Notes: generated by a model from the sequence alone, not told the origin. Counted from the stretch's first letter, positions 31,673 to 43,998 are shown. The stretch is 64,000 nucleotides of DNA from an uncultured delta proteobacterium (GCA_963785235.1 CAWAUM010000010.1:214521-278520); one strand, 5' to 3'. Numbers and translations are program-made.

Positions 31673-32655
31673 CTACTTCATTGCTTTTCGTGAGGGGCGT
31701 GGCGCGTGACAGCTGGACTCGCCACGCCCACGCCAGCGACTGCAAATTCCCGCATTCTCGCCGAGACTTGGGGGAACGACGTACTCGACTAATGCCGTTT
31801 TCAGACAGTGCAGCCGACTGGATGTAGCCCGCCATTGTTAGTTGAAGGTTGCTCTGCCGACGAGTTGCAAGAAGGCATCGCCTCCCAATTGCCCCGCCTT
31901 GCTGACGCTTCCTCCTAGAATAATGCGTTGCGGCGACAAGACGTAGGCAATATTTGCCAGTGCGGCGGCAACGTAGTGAGTTTGGATTCTCCACACGACG
32001 TGGTCGGTGAGGTGCTGAGCAGCGCAGCGAGTTCTCGCTTCGATCGCAGGTCCGCAACAGAGCCCCTCCCAGCAATCGCCATGGTAGGGGCAGACGCCGG
32101 CAAAATCGTCGCCGGGAAGTCGCGGGAGACGCATGTGGCCGATCTCGGGGTGAACTAAGCCGTAAATAGCTTCCCGCCAGACATGCCGCCGCCGCCGATT
32201 CCCGTCCCCATGGTGATATAAACGAAGTCGGTGAGACCTCGCGCGCCCCAGCGATGCTCGCCTAGGCACTGCCGTTCACATCGGTGTCAATTGCTAATGG
32301 AATGTCGGGGAACGCCGCGTGAAGCGGGCCAAGCAAATCGGAGTTAGCCCAGCCCGGCTTGGGCGTACTCGTAATACGGCCAAAGGAGGCGGAGTCGCGG
32401 TGGAGATCGACCGGTCCGAAGGTTGCCACGCCGATCGCTTGCAAGCGGCCGAGTGCCCCTGCTGCTCCTTCAGCCACTCCACGACCTGCCGCATCTGGTG
32501 CACGGAATCTAAGCCAGTCGGCAATTCGATTCGAGCCAGCAATCCCTCGCCCGGGCCGGTTCCCACCTGCAGACAAACTTTGTTCCGCCTGCTTCGATGC
32601 CGCCGAACAAAGGTAAGCGGCTAGCGGCAGGTCGATCTTCTTTCGTCAACGTCAC
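31673..32655 (-). CDS. ROK-family sugar kinase (fructokinase-like), frameshifted
   Basis: [39 protein letters not shown] and [11 protein letters not shown] motifs; AGGAG RBS before GTG 32655. Confidence 0.88.
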
Positions 32656-32757
32656 TTCGTAGCTCCTAGAGCAATCCGATGCTCACGCCCGGTCGCAAGT
32701 CGGCACACACCACGCCACACAACTGCTGACGCACTGAGGCTGATCGCGGTCGATGCG

Positions 32758-34146
32758 TTACGCTTTATCGTTATACTCCTGGCGGCGATTCTTACCGGGT
32801 TCCGGCACGGGGGTACCGCCCCTGATCGTCAGGCGTCAGCGGCGCGGTCTTCGTCGTTGCGAAGTCGGCGACGCCGGGCGCCATTTCGTGCGGGCAGTTG
32901 AGCATCTGCTCGTAAGTGATTTCCTGCCCCGTGTGGGCCGCCATGCGGCCCATGCTCGTCACGAGGCTCGCCTCGACGCCGCGCGGCACTTCGTTGTACG
33001 GCTTGTCGTGAACGATCGCCTCGATGAGGTCCTTCCATTCCAGCACGTAGGGGCTTTCTTCGGGCTGCGGATAGGCCCACATCACGTTGTCGCGATCTGG
33101 CCTGAAGCTGCTTGAACGTCCGCACCTTGCCGGGATGTGGCCCGAGGTGCTGACGATCGCCGAGCCTTTCGTGCCATGCACGACGCTCGACATGTCGTTG
33201 CGGCAGCCGATCATCGTCCGGCCGTCGAAGAAGAAACTCGATGCCGTCGTCGAACGTGTACTCGACCGCGTAGGTGTCGAAGTTCTGATCGACGTAAGTC
33301 GCCGCGGAAGTGGCGGCCGCCCAAGGCTTGCGCCTTCACCGGCCAGGCGTTCTTCATCCAGCAGACTTCGTCGATCTGATGGACGTAGAAGTCGCTGAAC
33401 AATCCGCCGCTGGCCCAGATGAAGCTGTGGAACCGCTCGATCTGCCATTGCAGCTCGTCGCGGTCCTCCGGCTTGGCGGTGGAGAAGCAAGTGCCGACCG
33501 GGCCGTGCATGCGGTAGGCCCGCATGCGCGATGATATCGCCGATCTCGCCGTCTTGAATCCGCTTGTGCAGTTCCTGCCGTCCGCGGCAATGGCGGATCA
33601 TGAGACCGACGGCCGCCTTCAGATTCTTTTCGTCGGCCTTCTTCGCCAGGTCGAGCATCCGCTTGGCGGTCGGGCCGTCGGCAACGAGCGGCTTCTCCAT
33701 GAAGACATTGAGCCCCTTGTCGATGGCGTATTGGAAGTGAACCCAGCGAAACGCCAGCGGCGTGGCGAAGATCGCGATGTCGCCCGGCCGCAGCGCATCC
33801 ATCGCTTTCTTGTAGGCGTCGAAGCCGACGAACTGCGTTCTTCGGGCACGTCGATCAGATCGGGCTTGCCTTGAAATTCTGCTTGAGCGCGCTGTAGGCT
33901 TTCGTCCAGGCGGTGCTGGAAGACGTCGGCCATCGCCACCAGCTTGATGGGATAGCCGGCAGCGGTCAGCGCGTCGACCGCGGCTCCCGTGCCGCGTCCG
34001 CCGGCGCCGACCAGGGCCAGCTGCAGGTTGTGGTCCGATCCGGCCTGGGCGAACACGCGCGGCGCATGCAGGGCGCCGAGCGCCGACACGGCGCCGGCAA
34101 ACTTGATGAACTCGCGACGATCGGCCTGAGAATTCTTGGCGCTCAT
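32758..34146 (-). CDS. Tat-exported Gfo/Idh/MocA oxidoreductase (frameshifted)
   Basis: DRREFIK twin-arginine signal; LVGAGGRGTGAA, VFMEKP, HQID and MGRMAAHTGQ motifs. Confidence 0.9.
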
Positions 34147-34199
34147 GGCTGTGCTCCTACGTGAGTTCAGGCGTAGTTTTCGGAACGCGAATGCGCTGC

Positions 34200-35632
34200 G
34201 GTAACTAAGTGTTTATCCGAAGAACTATTCCAGTAGAAATACATTTCTTCGACGGACGGAATTTCCAGCGGACGAGCAATGCGAAATCCGAGCCAAGGGG
34301 CGTCGGTAAGATACCACATGACTCTTGGGAAGTTGCGGATCTTGCTGCTGCCAAGCCGGCGTCCGAGCCCAGCCGAGCGGCCGAGCGCAGCTGTTCCGGC
34401 TCGTCGGCCCACCCGCCGCCGCGGACGCTGCGAGGATAGAGCGTGGTCGGCCGGACGAACGGATTGGTCGGCGCCCGCTTTAAGCCGTTGGAAAAGTAAT
34501 CTGGAACGAACTGGTCGGCGGTCCACTCCGTGACGTTGCCGTGCATGTCGTAAAGCCCCCACGGGTTCGGCTTCTTCTCGCCGACCTTCTGATACTTTTC
34601 CTCGCTGTTGCCTGTGATACCAGGCGTACTCGTCGAGCTCTGCCGGATCGTCGCCGAACGAGTAGGCGGTGGTCGTTCCGGCCCGGCAGGCGTATTCCCA
34701 TTCCGCCTCGGTCGGCAGGCGATAGAAATGGCCCGTCTGGGCGCTGAGCCATTGGCAATATTTGTTGGCGCCGTGCTGCGTCATGCTGATCGCCGGGAAG
34801 CCGTACTGCCCCATGCCGAAGCTCATTTCGACATAGGGCGTCGTCGGCTGGCTCACCGCATCGACGTCGGTATGGCCGCCGGGTCGAAATCCTTACGCAT
34901 GCCGTTCTTGAATCGTTCGATGCCGCGTGATCATGAACGGCTCGTACTCGTCCCAAGTCACTTCGTACTTGCCGATCCAGAACGGAGCGACCGCGACTTC
35001 GACTTGCGGGCCTTCGTCGTCGCCCGGCCTGGCTCGGCGGCGGGGCTGCCCATCAGGAACTCGCCCCCCTCAATGGCGACCATCTCGTAGGGCGCGTCGG
35101 TTGAGCGGAACCTCCGCCTCGTAGTCTTCAAAGGGCGTCGTCGGCTTGCACCGCGGGCCTTCGTCCACGATCTGGGCATGGATCCGCCGCACCAACTGCA
35201 TGTCGTCGGGCGAGGGGATTTGCGACTGGGGTTTCGGCCGCACCTTAAGCGTAACTCCTTCGGCCAGATTGCTCCCTGAGCAATCCACAGCCGAAGCGTT
35301 TCAATCGAGTCGGCGTTCAACGGGCCGCCTTGATCGAGCGGAGGCATCAGCTGCGGGTCGTCTTTGTCGACGACAATGACGGTAAAGAATGAGCTCTCGT
35401 CCGGCGAGAAGGGTACGAGCAATCCCTCCGCGCGGCGAACGCTCTCGATCGACGCGAGGTCGATACCGCCGTCGACATGTTTGCCCGAATGGCACGCGAG
35501 GCAATGCATCTCAAGAATTGGTTGAACTTTTGCCGCGAAGTCGACGTCAGCATGCACTAGCAGTGCAAATTGCAAGCAGAGACTGCTCATTAGAATTCCG
35601 CGGCACGCGATGACAACGGCTTGGCGTTTCAT
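34200..35632 (-). CDS. Planctomycete cytochrome c + formylglycine-generating-enzyme (SUMF1)-domain protein (frameshifted)
   Basis: Signal peptide; VDF...[13 protein letters not shown]...LMPP...WIAQGA; then [37 protein letters not shown] and GFR motifs. Confidence 0.88.
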
Positions 35633-35796
35633 GCAAGATCCCGCATGTTCCGACTCGGCGGCAGATCGTTGTTCTTCGATCACAATGCATCACTCCAAGA
35701 GCCGGGCGAATTTCGACAAAATAGCTTCGCGAGCCGCGGCTGAATTGATCGAGTTCCATCGTAACGCGGCATGCAACGCGAACGCACTGCCGGCCA

Positions 35797-35837
35797 CGCA
35801 AACTTGCATAGATTGAGATGATAATATTGCTGCAATA
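35797..35837. promoter_or_regulatory. Putative LacI operator pair in the divergent promoter region
   Basis: CGCAAACTTGCA (35797-35808) and palindrome TATTGCTGCAATA (35825-35837). Confidence 0.6.
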
Positions 35838-35864
35838 CTCGGCGTCGCGTTGTAGAGTGAGTCC

Positions 35865-37003
35865 ATGCGTGTGACTTTGAAAGACATCGCTGAGGCGCCG
35901 AATTATCTGTCAGCACGACGAGTCGCGCTCTCAACAATCATCCTTCCATCAGCCAGGAAACCACCGTCAAGGTACGGAAAATCGCCGGCGAACTTCGCTA
36001 TGAACCGGTCCGTTCCCACCGACGGCCGACGCCGGTCTCGGGACTTTTGGCCGGCCGGAATATTGCGATTGCCTCGCTCGGGCTCGATCGCTCGTTGGCG
36101 TCGATGCCGGTCGTGAGCAATGCGTTTCACGGCGCAGAAGAGGTTCTCCGCGATGCGGGGGCGAATGTGCAAATCGTTCACATTCCCTACCTGGATCAGT
36201 TGGCTAGTGAACTGCAACCAACGCAACTCGACGGCCTTGTCCTGACAGGCGCCATGGTCGAGCAATTTTCCACAGCAGCGTGTCCTTCGACGATCAGCCT
36301 GTTGAAAAAGATCCCCACGGTTTGGATGATTGGGCACCCGCCAGGCGCCTGGGGCGACGCCGTAGTGGCCGACGACTTTGCCATCGGCAGCGGCGCCGCT
36401 GAGCATTTATTCGCTCAGGGACATCGCGAGTTAGCGTTCCTCAACCCGATGCCGGACAACTTGCTGTTCGCGCGGCGGGAGATGGCTTCTACGCGACGGC
36501 TCGTCGGCTCGGGGCGTCGGTTCAGTCCTTCTGCGAAGCGCCAGAAGCTGGTTGGCCGCTCCCGCTCAGGTCGCCCGCGTCGGTTTTCGACGTTGTGCAG
36601 CGTCTCATTGATCGAATGTTGGAGAGTCGACCGCGCCCGACGGCGGTCTTCGCGTCGGCCGATAGCGTAGCCCGCGCTGGTTTACTGCGCTGGGGTGCGC
36701 GGGCTACGCATCGGTCACGACGTCAGCGTTATCGGGGGCAACAACACCCCCGGACTGATGACGACTCCATTCGCCAACTTGGCGACTTTCGATATTCACG
36801 CCGACCAACTCGGAGCGCTGGCCGTGCGACAACTGGCGACTCAGTTCTCGGAGAGAAGGTTCAACCTTCGCTCCACATGTATGTCCGAGTCGGTGGCGAC
36901 GCACTTGGTCGTCAGTCCGACGTTTATCCCGGGCGAATCCGTCCAGGGATTGCGTCGAGAAGGATTACTCACCTCATTCAAGCCACGCTCTTCAGCATTG
37001 TAA
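35865..37003 (+). CDS. LacI family transcriptional regulator, paralog 1 (frameshifted)
   Basis: MRVTLKDIAE...STTSRALNN HTH; LDGLVL, AEHL--QGHR-LAF, RPTAVF-SAD and IG-DVSVIG motifs. Confidence 0.88.
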
Positions 37004-37050
37004 CGAACCACTCTTGTCATATCTTTTCGCTCCCAATGAACAGGTGCATT

Positions 37051-38169
37051 ATGAACAAAGCAGTCTGCAGAGTTGCCTTTGCGTACGGCATGTTTGCGAT
37101 CTTAGCGCTGGCCGCATCATCGCCTGCGTTGGCCGTCGACACGATGGTCGATTGGACAGGCCTCAATAACCGCCCCACGGATCCGCCGTCGGCGTTCGCT
37201 CCCGACAATGACTACGGCTTGATCTCGCCGACGTCCGCCGGCGGACAGATTCAGAGCAAGGTGAATTTCGCCGGCCAGTTCCCGACGGACTTGGGGCAAA
37301 CCATCAATACGGAGTTCGTCTACTTCAGCGATCCGACGCTCGAAGGCCCGACGCTCGATTTCCGCAGCGAACTGCACATGACCGGGACCATCACCTTTAA
37401 TTCTCCCCAGGCGACCGAGCCGAACCTGTTGTTCGGCTGGTACAACAGCGAAAATTCGACTCATCGGATCGGGCTAGGCATTTCCAATCGATCGGTGTCG
37501 CAAGGAGGAGCCATCGCCGATAATCTGCGCGTCGACTTCGGCTACGCCTCGACAAGCTACCCGAATCCCAACGGGACGGGCAACTTGGGCAATAAGTTCT
37601 ACTACGTGTCGACCGACGGTAATCAGCCCCCAGAAAGCGGCAACTCAGTCATTCCCAACGGCAGTTATCCCTTTACCTTCGACTACATTCCCGGACCGGC
37701 CGGCTCGTTAGGCGGCTCGATGAGCGCGACGGTCGGCACTTTCTTCAAGACCGTTCAACCGCTCGAAACTCAGCCGCACGACTTCGACGAATTCACGTTC
37801 GATCGCTTTGGGTTTATTCAACGATCGACCACCAACACCACGCAACTCGGCAACTACAACATCGTCTTCTCCAACGTGACCTATACCGGCGGCACCGCGG
37901 CCGCCGTGGCCATTCCCGGCGATTTCGACGCTGACGCCGACGTCGACGGCGCCGATCTGGCCATCTGGAAAGCCAATTATGGAACCGGAACGTCAGTCGC
38001 CACCGGCGACGCGGACGGTGACAACGACGCCGACGGGAATGACTTTCTGATCTGGCAGCGGAATCTGTCAGGCGCTCCGGTGGCAGCAGTGCCTGAGCCC
38101 AGCGCTCTGTTGCTGCTAACGGCGAGCGGGATCGCAATCTTCAGCCGCCGGCTTCGACAGAAGCGATAA
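37051..38169 (+). CDS. PEP-CTERM surface protein with dockerin-like/EF-hand repeats
   Basis: Signal peptide MNKAVC...PALA; GDFDADADVDGADL and GDADGDNDADGNDFLIWQR; VPEPS + TM helix + RRLRQKR. Confidence 0.9.
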   Translation: MNKAVCRVAFAYGMFAILALAASSPALAVDTMVDWTGLNNRPTDPPSAFAPDNDYGLISPTSAGGQIQSKVNFAGQFPTDLGQTINTEFVYFSDPTLEGPTLDFRSELHMTGTITFNSPQATEPNLLFGWYNSENSTHRIGLGISNRSVSQGGAIADNLRVDFGYASTSYPNPNGTGNLGNKFYYVSTDGNQPPESGNSVIPNGSYPFTFDYIPGPAGSLGGSMSATVGTFFKTVQPLETQPHDFDEFTFDRFGFIQRSTTNTTQLGNYNIVFSNVTYTGGTAAAVAIPGDFDADADVDGADLAIWKANYGTGTSVATGDADGDNDADGNDFLIWQRNLSGAPVAAVPEPSALLLLTASGIAIFSRRLRQKR

Positions 38170-38310
38170 CACTCGACAAGTCCCGCATCGAGAGATCATT
38201 CTTGCGATTTAATAACTTGCGCGACGTGGTCGGCTGCGAGCGAGGCTAGAAATCGGTTGTTCGCGACTTTTTCAGGCAACCAAGTCCAACGTCAATCGGT
38301 AAATGTTCGC

Positions 38311-40130
38311 ATGAGAAACATCTGGTGCAGGTGCAGTAGCCTCTTTGCCCTGGCGATCTCGAGTTCGCTGTGCGTTTCGCTGTATGCTGAAACTGAACCC
38401 GGTTTGGCAGGCCATTGGAAACTTCAGGGCGATTGCCGCGACTATTCCGGCAACGACAACCACGGCGTCAACCACGGCGTCGAGCTGCAGCGCGGCCAAT
38501 TCGACGGTAAGTCGTCATTCATCGAAGTCCCCGCCAGCGATTCGCTCCAACTCGGCAGCGAAGATTTCACCTTCGCAGCGTGGATCTGGACGCCGCCAGA
38601 ACTCGACGACGTCGTCGGCGACGTCGTCAGCATGTACGATCCGCAGACGCGGCGAGGAGTTAACCTCACCGTCAATTCCAGTGCCGGCGGCTATCAATCG
38701 CAAGGGACCGATCGCCAGATTCATTTTGGCATCGATAACGCACAAACCGGCGATTGGATCGATTGCGGCCGGCCGAATCCGACGAGCAACTATGTCAGCA
38801 ATTCGATAACCGTTTTACGGGCATCTTTACGCGGCGACGACTGACGGCCGAGACGTCGACGATTGGTGCCACGTCTATCGTTATGATGGCGATCAAAAGT
38901 GGACCGATTGCGGGCGCGTTGGTGACCGGCAAGACGACCGGCGTCTGGGCCGTTGATCGTGCATGACGGCGAGCTGTATGCCGTGACCAGCACCTACGAT
39001 TGGACTCGCGTCCGAGAGGCGACTACGAGCCGGACGCGTTTATCGATACCTGGGCGGCACGGATGGGAAGATTGCGGCCAGCCCAGCGACAACCGCACGC
39101 TCAATTCTGCTCGCCAGCTATCAAGGGCAAGCTTTACGTCGGCGGCGGCCCCGAGACCTGGGGCGTCTTCAGCTCAGACGCGCGACAAGAAGTGGCAAGC
39201 TCTCCAAGGAATTCCCGAAAGAAGGACCGCAGCGATGTTTCCCTCACGCCATGTGCCGCCACAACGGACAAGTTGTACGTCGCCTTTCCCGGCGTCTACG
39301 ATTCGACGGCGACGAATGGAACTATCGTCGGCAATCCGCTGCCGATCGAAGACGAATCCGATGTTCCAACTCACTCGCTGAGCTGCATCAAGGCAGAACT
39401 GCTTGCCGGCACGTGGCCGGAAGCCAAAGTCGCCGTCTACAAGGGCGACGAGAATGTGGAAGAGATCGGCCGCGTCGGCGAGGACGGCACCGAGGTCAAT
39501 TCGCTGGTGGTCTACAACGGGAAGCTTTACGGCGGCTCGCTGCCGCGTTCAGAGGTCTGCCGCTACGACGGCGGATCGAAGTGGACTTCGCTCAAGCGAT
39601 TCTACTCGCCCGACGGATGGAGCCGGGCATTCCCGCCGCGGCTATCCGAAAGGAAGTCAATGAGTGGGGTCGCGTGACAAGCCTGACGGTCTGCGACGGC
39701 AAGCTTTTCGCCAGCACCGGCAGTTGCACCAGTTCGACGCAGGACGCCCCGCTCGATGTCCGCGGCAAAGTGTTTAGCATGGAGGCCGGAAAAGTCGCCT
39801 CTTCCGACAACGACTTGGTCCTGGCTGGAAACATCTTGCTGCAGTGCAGATGCGGGCGGCTCGTGAAGCTCTACGTCGACGGCAAACTCGCGGCGAAATC
39901 GTCGAGCTTTGATCCGGCCGACTACGACCTGAACACCGGCAAGCCGCTGCGGCTCGGGTTTCGGTCAAACTGAATATTTCGCTGGCAAAATGTATGACGT
40001 ACGGGTTTACCGCGCGGCGCTGAGCGACGATCGGATAGCCGAACTCGCCGCGAGCCAGCCCGCAGATCTGAGATTACGCCAGTCGACAACCTTGCGACGC
40101 CGAGATTCGGCTGCGTCGCAATTACATTGA
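38311..40130 (+). CDS. Secreted LamG-domain protein with an inserted repeat (propeller-like) region (frameshifted)
   Basis: GHWKLQGD, FDGKSSFIEVP, FTFAAWI; WxDCG repeats; KLYVDG...FAGKMYDVRVYRAALS. Confidence 0.75.
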
Positions 40131-40159
40131 TTAAAATTGGTCCCCGAACTGAACTGAAT

Positions 40160-41191
40160 ATGAAGACTGATCTAGCAGTCGTTAATTACGCCCCCGAACC
40201 GTATAGCGTCGAGCTGCGCGAAATCCCCGCGCCACGATCGATGACGATCAGGTCTTGCTGGAGGTGCAGTCGGTCGGCGTGTGCGGCAGCGATCTGCACA
40301 TGTGGACGGCTCAGCAAAGTTGGCCGGTGAATTACCCGTGGTGCTGGGGCACGAGTTCTGCGGCATCATTTGCGAAGTGGGCAAGAACGTTCGCGGCTGG
40401 AGCGAAGGCGACCGCGTCGTCAGCGAGACGGCGGCGGTGATCGATCCCGACAGCCCGCTGACGCGGCAGGGTCTCTACAACCTCGATCCCGGTCGCCGCG
40501 GATTCGGCGCGATGATCGACGGCGCCATGCGGCGGTACGTGCCCGTGCCGGCGCGAATTCTGCACCGCATGCCGGACGGGATGACGTTCGATCAGGCCGC
40601 GCTCACCGAGCCGTGTTGCGTGGCGTTCAACGCGGTGGTGAGCAACGTGCGGATTCGGCCCGGCGATCGCATCGTCGTGCTGGGGCCGGGTCCGATCGGG
40701 ATTCTGTGCGCCGCGCATGGCGCGGCTATGCGGCGCCGACGTGGCGCTGGCTGGGCTCGAGCGCGACCGCGACCGGCTTGCAAGTCGGCGCGAACTACGG
40801 TTGCGAACCGCTCATCGGCGACTTGACGCGATTGGGCGTTCGAGGCGCGACGGCCTGGGCGCCGACGGCGTGGTCGACGCGACCGGCGTTTCGGCGGCGT
40901 TGACCACTGCGCTCGAAATCGTGCGCCCCGCCGGCTGGATCAGCAAAGTCGGCTGGGGACCGCAGCCGCTCGGCTTCTCGCTCGATCGGCTCGTGCAGAA
41001 GAACATCACGCTGCAAGGCAGCTTCAGCCACAACTGGCCGATCTGGGAACGCGTGATTCGGTTGATCGCAACCGGGGAGCTCGACGTGCGGCCGATCACC
41101 GGCGGCGTTTGGCCGCTGGCCGAGTGGCAAGAGGCGTTCGAGACGATGCACTCGGGCGAGATCGTCAAAGCGGTGCTGAAGCCCGGATTGA
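40160..41191 (+). CDS. Zinc-binding dehydrogenase (MDR; sorbitol/threonine DH-like), frameshifted
   Basis: VGVCGSDLH, LGHEF, AALTEPCCVA, LGPGPIG and LQGSFSH motifs. Confidence 0.88.
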
Positions 41192-41308
41192 AGTCGACGT
41201 TGCGCACCGACGCTGCCAAGCAGGCCCAACCGATTGGCAATGCGCCTCCCATGCACGCTCCGCGCCTAGCGTCAGAGACGCACCAACGCAGCGAAGACAA
41301 CTATCGCC

Positions 41309-42082
41309 ATGCAACTAGCAGAAAAGTCATTTTGGTCACCGGCAGCACGACCGGCATCGGCGAAGCGATTGCGCGCTACGCTTGCCGAGAGGGCGCCAGC
41401 GTCATGCTCCATGGCCGAGAAACGAGCGCGGCCATGCGCTTGTCGCTGAATTCAGGGCCGCAGGCTAGGTTCGTCGCGCCGATTTGAGCGACGCCACAGT
41501 CCCCGCGACTGCTCGTGCGAGCGCGCTCGAAGCGTTCGGACGACTCGACGGGATCGTGAACAACGCCGCCTGGGTCGTCCGGAGCGACCTTGAAACACCG
41601 ACGCGGCATTGTTCGACAAGGTGATGGCGATCAACGTGCGGGCGCCGATCTTGCTCATCCAGGCGGCCTTCCCCATTTGAAGGAGTCGCGCGGCTGCGTG
41701 CTGAACATCGGCTCGATCAACGCCTACACCGGCGAAAGGAATCTGCTGGCGTACAGCGTCTCGAAAGGGGCGCTGATGACGCTGTCGCGCAACCTGGCCG
41801 ACTGCGCTCTGCTACGACACAGTCCGCGTCAATCACTTCAACGTCGGTTGGGTGCTGACGCCGAACGAGTACAGACAAGATCAACGATGGCCTGCCGGCA
41901 GAATTGGCCTGACGAGGTCGAGCCGCAGTTCGCGCCGTCGGGGCGGATCATGAAGCCCGAGGAAATCGCCGCGGCGGCGGTCTATTGGCTGTCGCGACGA
42001 AAGCCGGCCGATCAGCGGCAGCGTGGTGGAGCTGGAGCAGTATCCGATCATCGGCCGCAATCCCACGAAACGAGGCGATTGA
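41309..42082 (+). CDS. SDR family oxidoreductase (frameshifted)
   Basis: VILVTGSTTGIGEAIA, VNNAA, NIGS and YSVSK motifs. Confidence 0.86.
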
Positions 42083-42997
42083 TGCCGAAGCTGGCTGCGT
42101 TTCCCAAGGCGTATATGGATCCGCTGTGCGTCGACGGCGCGATGACGATTCGCGAGTGGATCGAGCTTGCGGCGACGCTCGGCGTCGAGGGCTGGAGTTT
42201 TACAGCGGGTTTTCTGGAACTCAAGGATCGCGCCGTTTGGAAGCGAGTCGCCGCAGGATCGCGGCGGATCATGGGTTGACGATCCCGATGCTCTGCTGCT
42301 CGCCCGACTTCACGCATCCCGATGCGGCGTTTCGCCAGCGGCAGATCGATCAGCAGAAAGCATTGGATCGAAATGTCCGCCGAACTTGGCGGAGCATACT
42401 GCCGCGTGCTGAGCGGTCAGCGGCGGCCGGAAGTGAGCCGCAAGACGAGGGGCTCTCGTTACGCCGCCGATGCATCATCGGCCTGCACTGCCGGCAGGCG
42501 GCGGACGCATGGCGTGACGCTGATCATCGAGAATCACTACAAGGACAACTACTGGGAGCATCCCGAGTTCGCCCAAACATGACGGAAATGTTCTGCGACC
42601 TGGTGTCGCGAATCGATTCGCCCCACTTCGGCGTCAACTACGACCCCAGCAACGCGCTACTTGGCCGGCGACGATCCGATTGAACTTGCTTGGGCGAGTC
42701 AAGCATCGCGTCGTCACGATGCACGCGAGCGATCGATATCTGGTCGAAGGGACGCTCGAAGACCTGAAAAGCGAGGAGAATCGACGCGGCTACGCGAAGC
42801 GGCTGCGGCATGGCGTCATCGGCAAAGGGCTGAATGACTACGATGCGATTTTCGGCAAGCTCCGCGGCGTCGGATTCGACGGCTGGATCAGCATTGAAGA
42901 CGGCGTCGACGGGATCGAGCAATTGCGCGAAAGCGTCGCGTTCCTCAAACAGAAACGTCAAGAATTTTGGGGGACGCCTGCGGTCGCTATCGGTTGA
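42082..42997 (+). CDS. Sugar-phosphate isomerase/epimerase (xylose isomerase-like TIM barrel), cytoplasmic (frameshifted)
   Basis: TGATG overlap with the SDR gene; MPKLAAFPK, IIENHYKD, NYDPSN, MHASDR and WISIED motifs. Confidence 0.85.
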
Positions 42998-43048
42998 TCG
43001 CGCAGTTCAAGTCACCCTGCATAGCCTTTTCCCGACGTGGAGAACGAC

Positions 43049-43978
43049 ATGTATTCGAAAGAAAAGTCCCGTCGCGAGTTTCTCAAAACTTCCGCCGCCA
43101 TGGCGACAGGATGCGCAATATCGAGCCTACGACCATCAACGGCGTTTGCAAAGGAACCCAGCCCGCTTTTCAAGATCTCGCTGGCGGAATGGTCGTTTCA
43201 CCGCGCTCTTTGCCGGCGAGCGCACGCAACTCGACTTCGCCAAAACGGCGCAGGAAGATTTTGGCATCGACGTCATCGAATACAGCGGTCATTTTTTCAA
43301 AGGCAAAGCGGCCGACAAGGAATATCTCAAACAGCTCAGGCAGCGCTCAGATGACTGCGGCGTTCGCAGTTTGCTCATCACGGTCGATGACGAAGGCAAT
43401 CTTGGCGATCCAGACGAGAAGGTTCGCATGCAGGCCGTCGACAACCATCGCAAATGGATGGAAGCGGGCAAGTTCCTGGGATGCGAATCGGTTCGCGTCA
43501 ACGCCCACTCCGACGACAAGTTGCCGCCCGCAGAGCAAGCGACGCTGGCCGCCGACGGCGTGCGACGGCTGGCTGAGTTCAGCGATTCGATTGGAATGAC
43601 GGTCCTCGTAGAGAACCACGGCGGAATCTCCTCCGACGGCGGTTGGCTGGCTACAGTGGTAGAGAAAGTTGGTTTGCCGAATTGCGGCACGCTCCCTGAT
43701 TTCAGCAACTTCCACCTGAGCGACGGCAAGCAATACGATCGCTATCGCGGCGTTGCAGAACTAATGCCGTTCGCCAAAGCGGTCAGCGCAAGAGCCATCG
43801 CTTCGACGAAGCAGGCAACGAGACGGCAACCGATTACCGCAAGATGCTCAAGATTGTGCTCGACTCCGGCTTTCATGGTTACCTTGGCATTGAGTACGAG
43901 GGAGATCAGCTGTCAGAGCCCGAAGGAATTCTAGCCACGAAGCGGTTGCTCGAGAAAGTTCGAGAAGAACTCGCGTGA
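43049..43978 (+). CDS. Tat-exported xylose isomerase-like TIM-barrel protein (frameshifted)
   Basis: SRREFLK signal; [25 protein letters not shown] and GIEYEG motifs. Confidence 0.87.
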
Positions 43979-43998
43979 TCAATGTCGAACGGGACCAG

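Noticed and set aside
36595-38169. 524-aa LacI-PEP-CTERM fusion
   Set aside because: An artefact of indels in lacI. The PEP-CTERM gene has its own signal peptide from 37051, and the lacI tail ends at 37003 in another frame.
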